DNA from: a virus
Virus record (IMG/VR): IMGVR_UViG_3300035492_000062
Location: 32,925-96,924 of that record
Reading direction: 5' to 3' (one strand)
Length of the DNA stretch: 64,000 nucleotides
Numbering within the stretch: the first letter of the stretch is position 1; each line of letters starts with the position of its first letter. Shown piece after piece: positions 48,546 to 57,831 of the stretch. The notes under the pieces are model-generated. The model saw only the letters and a list, made by a program, of their open reading frames with translations. It did no database searches and was not told where the DNA came from. The position numbers and the translations under genes were made by a program.

Positions 48546-49706
48546 TTAGATTGCTACAGTAAGATGTGTCATCGCTCGACTACATCCTGTGTAACGATAT
48601 CTTCTTTGATCAATGAAGTATGAAACATCTTCATCAATAAAGAGTACTTTTTCGAAAGAAGAACCTTGGCATCGGTGCGAGCTAAGAGCATACCCAAAAC
48701 CAAATTGATTCATTCCAGAATCACGAGAATATTTCTCTGGTACTCTTTCGGTAATCCAAGTCTCATTGGCAACAGTTACCCATACATTAACATCTCTGTC
48801 TAAGGATTGCAAGTTATATCTGTTCTCATCGTTTGAAAGTTTCATTATTCCAGAGATCTTGAATCTTTCCCCGTTTGAGATCTTTGTATTACTGACCACA
48901 TCATTTCTAAGACAAACTACAACCTCACCAATCTCTGGAGTATCTTCATAGAATCCCTTTGCCGAACGAATGAGTTCATTGAGTTTTTTTCTTGTCTTGT
49001 TTGTACCACAAATCACAACATCAAACTCATTTTCTTGGTGGAATTTTAGTGTCATGGGTTCAGATTTTCTGATCATTGTCAGACCTTCTTTTTTTACCCT
49101 TGGAAAAGAATTTGCTTTTCTTAAATGAGCACAAATAAATCCAATACCAGAATTCTCATCAAATCGCCGGATTTTTGTTAGTGAAACTACTGGAGCAGAA
49201 AGACTTACCATTGGGTTGAAGTCTTTTAAATCACCCTTTGATTCATCATTAATCGGTTCTAGTTGATCATAGTCGCCACAGATAATCACTGGTCTTCCGA
49301 TAGTCATAATATCGTTGTACATGGTGTAATTAACCATTGAACCTTCGTCCACTGCGATGATATCGCCAACATCATCTTGGATTTCTTGTGCAGTTCTTTT
49401 ATCCCAGCGAATAAGATTGCCCTTTAAGTCAAGAACAGGTTTATATAGATAAGAGTGACATGTACCAGCGACTAATCCGGTTTTAGCCAACTGCCCAGCA
49501 GCACGTCCAGCTAAAGCCATACAAGACAACGAAAGACCTGCATCACTTAAAAACTTTCCAAGTGCTCTAAGTACAGTCGTTTTACCAGTACCCCCAGCTG
49601 CACGAAATACGACTACATTGTTCTTTTTATTGATGATAAGATCCATGATCTTATGAAAAGCCTGTTTCTGGTCATCAAATAAATCGTTGTACATTTTTCC
49701 TCCCAA
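48546..49706 (-). CDS. SF1B Dda/RecD-like helicase
   Basis: AAGGTGKTT, VDEGSM, GDYDQL, LTKIRR, YALSSHRCQGS, YTGCSRA. Confidence 0.88.
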   Translation of the reverse strand: MGGKMYNDLFDDQKQAFHKIMDLIINKKNNVVVFRAAGGTGKTTVLRALGKFLSDAGLSLSCMALAGRAAGQLAKTGLVAGTCHSYLYKPVLDLKGNLIRWDKRTAQEIQDDVGDIIAVDEGSMVNYTMYNDIMTIGRPVIICGDYDQLEPINDESKGDLKDFNPMVSLSAPVVSLTKIRRFDENSGIGFICAHLRKANSFPRVKKEGLTMIRKSEPMTLKFHQENEFDVVICGTNKTRKKLNELIRSAKGFYEDTPEIGEVVVCLRNDVVSNTKISNGERFKISGIMKLSNDENRYNLQSLDRDVNVWVTVANETWITERVPEKYSRDSGMNQFGFGYALSSHRCQGSSFEKVLFIDEDVSYFIDQRRYRYTGCSRAMTHLTVAI

Positions 49707-49721
49707 TGGGAAGAAAGAGGA

Positions 49722-50054
49722 TTACTCCTCTTCTTCACTCACAGTTGTTTGCGTTTGGATGTTTGTCGGGTTAGATACTTTGTGCTTACGAGATACATCA
49801 AGCAATTCTTCATTAAGCTGAACAAGGCGTTCTGCTTTCTCCAACACCTTACTTTGCTTGTCCCCAAATCGCTCAGCAACCAGTGCATTAAAGTCTGCTG
49901 ATGGAAATGCTAACTCTTCTTTTGCACGTTCTGCGACATCTTTCATGAAAGACTTCAAGTCTTTGATTTTCTCAAGTGCAACTACACACTCGCGCACCAT
50001 GCCATCTAACTTCAGCTTATCAGCTGGATTTGAAAAAGTTGGAATATCGCTCAT
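49722..50054 (-). CDS. dsDNA-binding protein (T4 DsbA-like)
   Basis: KIKDL...KDVAERAKEEL...FNAL pattern. Confidence 0.5.
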   Translation of the reverse strand: MSDIPTFSNPADKLKLDGMVRECVVALEKIKDLKSFMKDVAERAKEELAFPSADFNALVAERFGDKQSKVLEKAERLVQLNEELLDVSRKHKVSNPTNIQTQTTVSEEEE

Positions 50055-50064
50055 TTATGTCTCC

Positions 50065-50310
50065 TTAAATTTGGCCGTTGTTGTGTTTGTTTAAAATACC
50101 TTCCAGCTCATTCAGGCGCTCCCATTGATAGTGATTTGGGAAGAAGTTGAAGCCGTAGTCTTTTATTTCTTTAAACAACCAAGAAACTTGAACTTGAGTT
50201 TGTTTTGACAAATCTTTTAACTGACGAAATTTACGAGTCAGATAGTTGTAACGCAACTCTGCCGATGAAGTGTGTGGTTGATTCTTTTTGAACTTGTTGT
50301 TTGCTTTCAT
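50065..50310 (-). CDS. Hypothetical protein
   Basis: Packed ORF. Confidence 0.5.
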   Translation of the reverse strand: MKANNKFKKNQPHTSSAELRYNYLTRKFRQLKDLSKQTQVQVSWLFKEIKDYGFNFFPNHYQWERLNELEGILNKHNNGQI

Positions 50311-50313
50311 AGG

Positions 50314-51495
50314 TTATACCTCTATTCTTACTGTTTTAGTGTTGTCTTGTCTGAACATTGTTCCAGACGGTGTTATTAAGAAAATTGTTTCACATAAAAT
50401 TGGTGCTTTTATTTTTGGGATGTCGCCGTCTGTATAAATCACACATACATCAATACCTTCATCTAAGAATAATCTGTTTGCTTCATCAACGATTGCCGTC
50501 ATGTCTGTACCACCGCCACCTATAAACGTCTTATTGATGTTTTCAAAGGTATCACCATTTTCCGATTTATAGTGGCCTAATGTATGTGCTTTTACATCAC
50601 ACGTAATTAAAATCAACTCCCACTCTTCATACTGGTTCAGAATTTCATATATACCACCTAATGCTATCCTAAGTTCTTCTTCACTCATAGACCCAGATGT
50701 GTCTACCCCAAAAACAACTCTAACAAACTCACCAACACGCTTAGGAAAAAGAATCGTTCCGCTTAACTTGTTGTATTTGTTATAAGTATACCGCTGAAAA
50801 GAATTTCTGTCTACCTCTGTTTTCAAAAAATCTTTCCAATTGATCTTAGGTTTAACAATATCAGCCAGCGTTCGTAAAATACCAGCCTCTGTATCACCTA
50901 TACCACTACCCATAGAGCCACCGACAACTACAGCAGAAGTAATGTCTCTACGTAATTGAGATTCTTGCTCTTCAGTGCTCCAACTATCTCCGATTTCATC
51001 AAAAAGGTCATCTTCTGAGTAAGAATCAGCATCTTTCAACAGTTCATCATAAATCTCATCAGCAGACATCCCAATGAATTTAGACTCATATAAACCAATT
51101 CTTGGCATAGAGAGATATTTTACGATACGCTGATCTTGCATTTGTCTTTTTGTATTCACATCGACACTGTACCCTTTGAGAGTATAGTTGATGAAGTAGT
51201 CTGTTGCAATATTCCAAAGAATTGGATTGTAGTTGCAATCCTTCATCCTACCGAAGTGAAGTAGAAAGATATGCATGACCTCATGAAATAGAAGAAATGC
51301 TCGCTCACTGTGATTCAGAGAGTTCCAAAATTTCTCCCCAATCTCAATCTTATACTGGTTGTTAATCATAGTTGCTCTGGCAGTTTGACACTCACCATAA
51401 GAAACATCAAATTTAAACAACAAGTATGCAAGCATTGGCATTGCAATTGCACAGGTTGCTCTTACACTGGCCAGATCTTCTACTTCTCTCATCAT
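50314..51495 (-). CDS. Metallopeptidase-like plus vWA protein (DUF2201-like)
   Basis: HEVMH, WNIATDYFIN, VDTSGSMS, GGGGTD, YTDG. Confidence 0.85.
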   Translation of the reverse strand: MMREVEDLASVRATCAIAMPMLAYLLFKFDVSYGECQTARATMINNQYKIEIGEKFWNSLNHSERAFLLFHEVMHIFLLHFGRMKDCNYNPILWNIATDYFINYTLKGYSVDVNTKRQMQDQRIVKYLSMPRIGLYESKFIGMSADEIYDELLKDADSYSEDDLFDEIGDSWSTEEQESQLRRDITSAVVVGGSMGSGIGDTEAGILRTLADIVKPKINWKDFLKTEVDRNSFQRYTYNKYNKLSGTILFPKRVGEFVRVVFGVDTSGSMSEEELRIALGGIYEILNQYEEWELILITCDVKAHTLGHYKSENGDTFENINKTFIGGGGTDMTAIVDEANRLFLDEGIDVCVIYTDGDIPKIKAPILCETIFLITPSGTMFRQDNTKTVRIEV

Positions 51496-52607
51496 TTAAC
51501 TCTCGAAGCAATTGGTTGATAGAGTTTCATCAGTTCTGGATAAGACAGTACTTTTAACAAGTACCCCAACCCAATACTCTTGATAAGTTTAAACAAAACC
51601 ACCCGATGGTCAATCTCTAAATTCGAAATAATTGCAGAAAGATGCCCCACGTATTCAGAATCTTGATCATCCATAGCCACTACAACTTCTCGACTTAGTG
51701 CAGTCATAACGTAATAACGTTCTGCAATTCCAGTAGGAAGTGTATAGGTCATACCAGCACGAACATCGTCCCATTTCGGGAGAATTGACTCAAACTCCAT
51801 GAAAGCCATAAATTCACTACCAATTGCTGAACCGACTGTACCAGCAATCATAGCAGTCTTTAGTTCAGTAGGGAGATTTGCACCATCAACCAGATTCTCA
51901 TGCAACATTTCCCATGTACGGGATGTAGCGAATGCTGGCTCGTTCGCGTAAGAAACGTTCAATGCATCTCGCTTGTATGAGATGAATGAAATGATGCGCA
52001 TATCCAGATTCTTTGCATAAGCATATCGAATAAAATCATCAACACAGCGATCTTTGTCAATTTGTAAGTGTACGCTAAACCGGTTTGCCAATGCTGGCAA
52101 CACATCACGAGCACCAGTGTTGTCTGATTTTAAGTTACCTGCTGCAACAATCCAGACATTATCACCCAATTTCTTACCGTTGTTGATGCTGCGATCAAGC
52201 ACCAGTCGATATGCAGCTTGTTGAATTGATGGATGTGCGTTCGGTAGTTCATCTAAGAACAAAATATAAAACACATCTGGATTGTTATCAGGAAACCAAG
52301 AGGGAGTAGAGAAGTACATCTCAGTCTGATCATCTTTCTTCTCTGTAGGTAAAAATGGAATGCCCATCAGAGAAGCAGGATCATCAAATGCACTCAGACG
52401 AAGATCAATCAGCACGACCTTCTTGTACTTAGTTTTTGACTTGATGTCTTCTACTGTGTCTTGAATAATAGTTGATTTACCAAGACCCATTGAGCCATGT
52501 ATGAAAGTGTTTCGAGGGACACGGCCTGAGTTGATTGCTGAGATTGTCAACTCTCGCAAAATATCATAAGCTTCAGTAATAGAAACTGAGTAGAGTGGCT
52601 TATTCAT
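51492..52607 (-). CDS. MoxR-like AAA+ ATPase
   Basis: GSMGLGKS, IDLRLS, LFLDELP, AAGN, ALANRF. Confidence 0.88.
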   Translation of the reverse strand: MNKPLYSVSITEAYDILRELTISAINSGRVPRNTFIHGSMGLGKSTIIQDTVEDIKSKTKYKKVVLIDLRLSAFDDPASLMGIPFLPTEKKDDQTEMYFSTPSWFPDNNPDVFYILFLDELPNAHPSIQQAAYRLVLDRSINNGKKLGDNVWIVAAGNLKSDNTGARDVLPALANRFSVHLQIDKDRCVDDFIRYAYAKNLDMRIISFISYKRDALNVSYANEPAFATSRTWEMLHENLVDGANLPTELKTAMIAGTVGSAIGSEFMAFMEFESILPKWDDVRAGMTYTLPTGIAERYYVMTALSREVVVAMDDQDSEYVGHLSAIISNLEIDHRVVLFKLIKSIGLGYLLKVLSYPELMKLYQPIASRVK

Positions 52608-52619
52608 TTAAAAACTTCC

Positions 52620-52925
52620 TTAGATTTTAATCATGGAGTTAAAGGTGTCTCGATCAATCTTGTTAATCGAGGATTCTTTTTCATTATAAATGAAATAATA
52701 AGAAGATGAAAGTAAAATATCACCATCTTTGATTGGTGGTTGGGTATCTTCGTCAATGACGATCTTGAGTGATTCGGAAGTCATAATAGCTTCTGACTGT
52801 TTGGTGAAATTGCTTTCACCAGCATCTAAGATTGCAAAGACTTTATCTCCAATACCGTTCACTCTATTCTCATCAAAGCGAAACCAGATGCTGGGTAAAA
52901 AATTTGACATGAGTTTATTCCTCAA
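52620..52925 (-). CDS. Hypothetical protein
   Basis: Packed ORF. Confidence 0.5.
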   Translation of the reverse strand: MRNKLMSNFLPSIWFRFDENRVNGIGDKVFAILDAGESNFTKQSEAIMTSESLKIVIDEDTQPPIKDGDILLSSSYYFIYNEKESSINKIDRDTFNSMIKI

Positions 52926-53208
52926 TTATTGCTGAAAGTTCTTTTTCGGATGTGATTGCTACTTTTACAATTTTACCATTCTCGTCACGTAAGTCAAATG
53001 GTTGTGTAATTTTTCTCCAATCTCCAACTACGATATCACCTTCTTTAACATACTTACACTGTTCACCAGCTTTTAAAATGATGTAATGGTGATGTGTATC
53101 AGAATCAGCAGTGTCTTTTACAAAGATAACACCTTTCTGTTCTTCTGGACGGCGGATCAGTAATACATCATCGCGTAGTGGTTTAAAATTCTCAATTGTT
53201 GACGTCAT
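52915..53208 (-). CDS. GroES-like co-chaperonin
   Basis: FKPLRDDVLLIR...GVIFV...ILKAGEQCKYVKEGDIV...SEKELSAII. Confidence 0.75.
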   Translation of the reverse strand: MTSTIENFKPLRDDVLLIRRPEEQKGVIFVKDTADSDTHHHYIILKAGEQCKYVKEGDIVVGDWRKITQPFDLRDENGKIVKVAITSEKELSAIIEE

Positions 53209-53459
53209 TGTTTAATGTCTCCCATAAATTTTTCTCGTTTCGCTTGTTGTAGTTCAGGAAATTCAGACCAACCATATGTGTTGTCTGGATTTTTCCATAG
53301 ATAAACCTTTTCCATCTCCATACCAGAAGATACATAAACAATCTCATACTCTTCTCGGTTGGTATTATTGGGTACAACGTTAATTCCTAGAATACGCACC
53401 TTTTCAGAAAAACGCAAGATGCATTCTTGAATGTTCTCGTCTAAATCAGATAATTGCAT
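53205..53459 (-). CDS. Hypothetical protein
   Basis: Packed ORF. Confidence 0.5.
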   Translation of the reverse strand: MQLSDLDENIQECILRFSEKVRILGINVVPNNTNREEYEIVYVSSGMEMEKVYLWKNPDNTYGWSEFPELQQAKREKFMGDIKQ

Positions 53460-53971
53460 TACATCTCCTTAGATAATTCGTGGAACTTAATTCCATATTT
53501 TAATGGGTTAACATCAGTTATCTCAAGAAGATAGAACACCAATGATGCACATGATGACCCGCGACCTACTCCCCACACTATACCACGTTCTTTGAATTTT
53601 TCAATAAGATCCATGCAATAAAAAACAAAAAAGATATTTTTTGTCCTAGAAAAGAACTCAATCTCTTCTTCTATGCGTTTATTCATAGACTCTGAGTCAA
53701 CATAGCGAGGTGATGTTAGAATTATATACATCAACACATCAAGATCTGCTGGTTCATGGTCGTGTGATTCAGATGGTTCTGGTCTCTCGTCAACCACTTC
53801 AACAGAAATGTTTGTCTGGTTTAGATAATCATATGTCTGACTATGGAAGTCAGAAATGACAGCATCTGCAACTTCTTCACCTAACAGAATTTTTCTTGCC
53901 AAAGAAAAAGAGTCTACCATTGAGACTCCATTTCTTAACAATATTCTACCGTTGTTCCGGTCTTTGTACAT
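53459..53971 (-). CDS. DNA polymerase III alpha (DnaE)-like N-terminal fragment
   Basis: RIEEEI...GIVWGVGRGSSCASLVFYLLEITDVNPLKYGIKF. Confidence 0.85.
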   Translation of the reverse strand: MYKDRNNGRILLRNGVSMVDSFSLARKILLGEEVADAVISDFHSQTYDYLNQTNISVEVVDERPEPSESHDHEPADLDVLMYIILTSPRYVDSESMNKRIEEEIEFFSRTKNIFFVFYCMDLIEKFKERGIVWGVGRGSSCASLVFYLLEITDVNPLKYGIKFHELSKEM

Positions 53972-53979
53972 TTATACCT

Positions 53980-54450
53980 CTATACAAAATCGTATGCATT
54001 CATCTCTTTAGTTGTTTTCCACTGATCCGTTCGAGAAAGTAACACAACACGCTTCTTACACTCAGACAAAATTGGGATGATATTATTTGTGTTCGGCCAG
54101 AAATGCTTCTTCATTCTAGCATCAATCACCGTTATCGAGTCATTATCCGGTGTTGATAGATTTTTGTCAAATGATAATGCATCTACATCCCTACCAATAA
54201 TCTCATCTACCAACATTGAGTCTACAGTACCATACTCGTCTGCCAGTACAATATAAAGACCAGATGGGATCTGAAACATTGCGTTACCAATCTTCAAAAA
54301 ATAAATCATTGAATAAACTTCTTCCCACGAAAACGTTCTTAATAGAAAGAAATCGCTCTGGTCAGTCTTGAATTCAAACATTTCTTTTGCAACACACGAA
54401 ATATCATCTAAACGATTGTGGTTGTCCTCTGTACCTAAAAAATAACTCAT
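53980..54450 (-). CDS. Hypothetical protein
   Basis: Coupled to uvsW. Confidence 0.6.
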   Translation of the reverse strand: MSYFLGTEDNHNRLDDISCVAKEMFEFKTDQSDFFLLRTFSWEEVYSMIYFLKIGNAMFQIPSGLYIVLADEYGTVDSMLVDEIIGRDVDALSFDKNLSTPDNDSITVIDARMKKHFWPNTNNIIPILSECKKRVVLLSRTDQWKTTKEMNAYDFV

Positions 54451-55916
54451 TACACACTTATCCTTACTTCTTGCTTGGAGAAGACGAACTTCTCTCGCTT
54501 ATAAATCTTCTGTCTTGCTTTCCTATGTTCTACAGCATACAGAGTGTTTGCAGAAATATCAACTACATGACACTTATTTTCTTCACCATCCAGACGGATA
54601 CCACGGCCAATTCCTTGTAGTACGTTGGTTTCATCCTTACCTGAGTCTACTAGAATAACACGATGGATCATGTTCTGTGAGATACCAGTTGCAGATGTAT
54701 CAAAAGATGCAACAACTATCTCAGTACCTTTCTTAGCAAACTTAGAAAAAAGTTCGTCCCGTGTCTCATTTGGAACGTCTTTATTGATGCAAATTGTCCC
54801 AAAGATTTTTGCTATATGCTGGCCTAGTTCTGGTCTACATAAAACGAGTGTATTCATTGGCTCAAGCGTAGAGATGTAGTCACAAATAGGTTTGGCACGT
54901 TTCTCCATACCGTAATAGCGTTCTTCCTTAGCCCAGTTCCATGCATTGACTCTCACCATGTCTTTTGTGGCAAATTCATCAACAGCCTGATCTTCTAAGA
55001 CGACAAAATCTATCTGGAAGTTTGATGCGTAACCCTTTTCCTGTAACTCTTTAACGGAAACTTTCATCAACTCCCCACCGCCAAGTGAACCGAAAATCTT
55101 TGCACATTTCAACTTGTCCTTTGGTACTGTACCAGTCATACCGATACGAATTGGAGCAGTTGTGAGATTGTATTTGAAAGCGTCAAACATTGTCTCGCCA
55201 AAAATATGCACTTCATCATACAGAATCATCAATGAAATTTCGTTAAAGAAGTCTGGATTCCCTTCATCTTCAACGTACTTGATCAGGTTGTTTAATAAAC
55301 TAGACGTAATAATGATATTTTTGCTCTTAGAGAACATTTTAAGACGGTCTGCATTAGTCTTGATATTTGTACCAACGACAGCAGCTTGTATCCCACAATC
55401 AACATAAGACTGTAGCGTCTGCTTTGCAAGTTTAACATTAGGGACGATAATAAGACCCGTAAGTCCATGTTCGTTAAAGTATTTTGATAGTGCTACACAT
55501 ATTAGACTCTTGCCAGCGTTAGTCGCCAAGTTAAGAACACCACATTTTTTAACAATCACTCGATTAATTGCATCCGTCTGGTGGGTTCTAAATTTAACAG
55601 GTGCCAAATAATTCTCATCAACCAACACTGGTTCATACTCAAAAACATATTCTCGTTCATCTACAAACTCTACGTCTTCCTCACCATAGCCCAACTCAGC
55701 CAACATATCCATTATGTCGTCTAAAAAGTATGCATAGGTGAATCCGTCTGGAGTCATGAGAGGTTCCATACCATCATCCATCTTCATCTGGTATGCAACA
55801 GTCATAAAAGCGCCAGCACGAGGCAATTTTAAACTCTCATAAATCATCTTAAAATGTTTTTTTGGAAGTCCTGCTACATGAGCATTCACTTCATCCAACA
55901 ATGTGATGGTTATCAT
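54450..55916 (-). CDS. uvsW: UvsW-like SF2 helicase
   Basis: RTHQ, ATNAGKS, DEVH, GMTGT, TGIS, QGIGRGIR. Confidence 0.88.
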   Translation of the reverse strand: MITITLLDEVNAHVAGLPKKHFKMIYESLKLPRAGAFMTVAYQMKMDDGMEPLMTPDGFTYAYFLDDIMDMLAELGYGEEDVEFVDEREYVFEYEPVLVDENYLAPVKFRTHQTDAINRVIVKKCGVLNLATNAGKSLICVALSKYFNEHGLTGLIIVPNVKLAKQTLQSYVDCGIQAAVVGTNIKTNADRLKMFSKSKNIIITSSLLNNLIKYVEDEGNPDFFNEISLMILYDEVHIFGETMFDAFKYNLTTAPIRIGMTGTVPKDKLKCAKIFGSLGGGELMKVSVKELQEKGYASNFQIDFVVLEDQAVDEFATKDMVRVNAWNWAKEERYYGMEKRAKPICDYISTLEPMNTLVLCRPELGQHIAKIFGTICINKDVPNETRDELFSKFAKKGTEIVVASFDTSATGISQNMIHRVILVDSGKDETNVLQGIGRGIRLDGEENKCHVVDISANTLYAVEHRKARQKIYKREKFVFSKQEVRISV

Positions 55917-56245
55917 ACCAACGAAATACCCTTTTTGCCTGCATCAGGATCGTATCCCTCTTTCATTTCTTTTCTTCTCAGTCTTTGAATTGATCTCAAC
56001 GCCATTACGTTTCTTGCAACCATCAGATAGTCTTTGATTGATTGTCTGGCAGAGTGAGAATGTTTCAGCAATGGGGCTTCTAATTCAGCAGTACGTTTAT
56101 CCATCAACTCCATCAACTTCTCATCAGTACAGGTATGGAAGAATTCTATCAGATACGGGTCTGCACTGTCTAATCTTTCTTGAATGAGTTGTTCATGCAT
56201 GTCCATAGGTAGTTCCTTATAAAATTGTATCGTCAACAGAAGCAA
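55913..56245 (-). CDS. Hypothetical protein
   Basis: Between uvsY and uvsW. Confidence 0.55.
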   Translation of the reverse strand: MLLLTIQFYKELPMDMHEQLIQERLDSADPYLIEFFHTCTDEKLMELMDKRTAELEAPLLKHSHSARQSIKDYLMVARNVMALRSIQRLRRKEMKEGYDPDAGKKGISLV

Positions 56246-56666
56246 CGATGGAGTTGGTCATGTTATTGAGAAGATATTTTCTACTGTTGATAGTGTCTAA
56301 AACGCCCCTAGATTCATCCCTAAGACGTTTTACATCTACATAGAGCCTACGTATCTCTTTGTACTCTTTATTCGTCTTAGCGAACTCCTTGGCCTCTGAA
56401 ATTGATGAGGAACGATATGAGTCTTTAAGTTCTTTGCTGATTGCTTCTGCATAGATAGACTCCATCTCATTCTCAACAGTGTCATGGAGATGTGCAATCT
56501 GTTTGGTGATAATTTCCCAGTCCATTTGAAGCTGTAGCTGAGATTTTAGTGCATTCTTAAGTGTAACCCCATCAAGTAAGATAGACTCTTCGCATTTTTG
56601 CAGAAGCTCATTGTATGTGTCTTCTAAAGACTCAAGACGTTTAGTCAGTGTTGGTAGTATTGACAT
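56217..56666 (-). CDS. Recombination mediator UvsY-like
   Basis: Helical ~150 aa; position between uvsX and uvsW. Confidence 0.55.
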   Translation of the reverse strand: MSILPTLTKRLESLEDTYNELLQKCEESILLDGVTLKNALKSQLQLQMDWEIITKQIAHLHDTVENEMESIYAEAISKELKDSYRSSSISEAKEFAKTNKEYKEIRRLYVDVKRLRDESRGVLDTINSRKYLLNNMTNSIVASVDDTIL

Positions 56667-56680
56667 AGTTTACCTTAAAT

Positions 56681-56688
56681 TATAAATA
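56681..56688 (+). promoter_or_regulatory. Late promoter for the homing endonuclease
   Basis: Exact TATAAATA. Confidence 0.65.
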
Positions 56689-56730
56689 AAACTGTAATTA
56701 ACTTTTTTCACAAATATCCCCAATATATTT

Positions 56731-56738
56731 TATTTATA
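56731..56738 (-). promoter_or_regulatory. Late promoter for the uvsY-uvsW block
   Basis: TATTTATA on + equals TATAAATA on -. Confidence 0.6.
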
Positions 56739-56750
56739 AGGAAGAAATTT

Positions 56751-57803
56751 ATGACAACAAGTACAGAAGCAAATTTTTACGTTTATGTCTATAAAGACCC
56801 AGATACGTTAATTCCATTTTACGTTGGAAAGGGTAAAGAGTCAAGATACAAGTCGCACATTAATGAAGCTATGAAGTCTGAAAATCCGAGAACTCACAAA
56901 TTAAGAAAAATAAAAAAGATTTTAAATGAAGGGAAGACCCCAATAATAGAAAAATTTCAAGAAGGGATGACCGAAGATGAGGCGTATGATTTAGAAAAAC
57001 ACTTGATTAGTTATTATGGAAGAGTTGAGGATGGAGGTTCTCTTACAAACGTTGCAGAAGGCGGTTTACGTAGTGCTGGTGGTGGTAATAAATTTAATGA
57101 CGAAATGATAACCCTCTATCATTTTGATGGTTCAGAAATTACAGCAACGAGAGGAGAATTAGTTAACAATTACAAATTTTACGCTAGTTCAGTTACTAGG
57201 CTGTTTCAAGGAAAGTTAAACATCATTAATGGTTGGTCTAGGGACAAGAATATTAAATCAAAACATAGGATTTATCATTTCAGAAACAACAAAACTAACG
57301 AACAGGTATTGATGCGACCAAGTGAGTTTGCTAGGTATATTAACATCAGCACGTCATACGTGTCCAAGCTGATTAACGGAGAAAATAAACATATAAGACA
57401 CTGGTGCATTGATTACAATGGTGAAACTGAAACTAAAGACCTCAACGTTTATGAGTTCAAGAACATCAATACTGGTGAGGTTGTTAATTGTACAATACAA
57501 CAACTTAGTGATGAATTAGGAATAAAATACTCAATGGTTGATAGAGTTGTTAATACTTCTGATCACAATAGAAACATAGTACGTGGTTGGGGACTAGCCA
57601 CAAAAATTGATGCTTTGCCAACAAAGATGTCATGTCAAGTTGATAGAAAAATTTATAATTTTTATCATAAAGATGGGATGACTTTTTCTGGTTTACAGAG
57701 AGAATTTAGAAAAAAATACAACATACCTGCCCCACAGGTATCTTCTCTGATTAACTCAAAAATAAAGAGTACGTTTGGGTGGAGGTTAAGAAGTGAGGAT
57801 TAA
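56751..57803 (+). mobile_element. Free-standing GIY-YIG homing endonuclease with four C-terminal HTH repeats
   Basis: FYVYVYKDP...FYVGKG...RY..H...A..LE..LI..YGR...LTN; four ~48-aa repeats ending GW/HW. Confidence 0.8.
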
Positions 57804-57815
57804 TCCTCACTTCTT
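57788..57815. terminator. Perfect 28-bp palindrome at the endonuclease/uvsX convergent junction
   Basis: AAGAAGTGAGGATTAATCCTCACTTCTT, containing the endonuclease stop TAA. Confidence 0.7.
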
Positions 57816-57831
57816 TTCATTCTAGAATCTA

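Noticed and set aside
41362-53971. Split-intein trans-splicing of the DnaE halves, as in cyanobacteria
   Set aside because: The N-half has no Cys-initiated intein block and the C-half has no HN/C terminus; the split lies near the catalytic DxD, not at the cyanobacterial site
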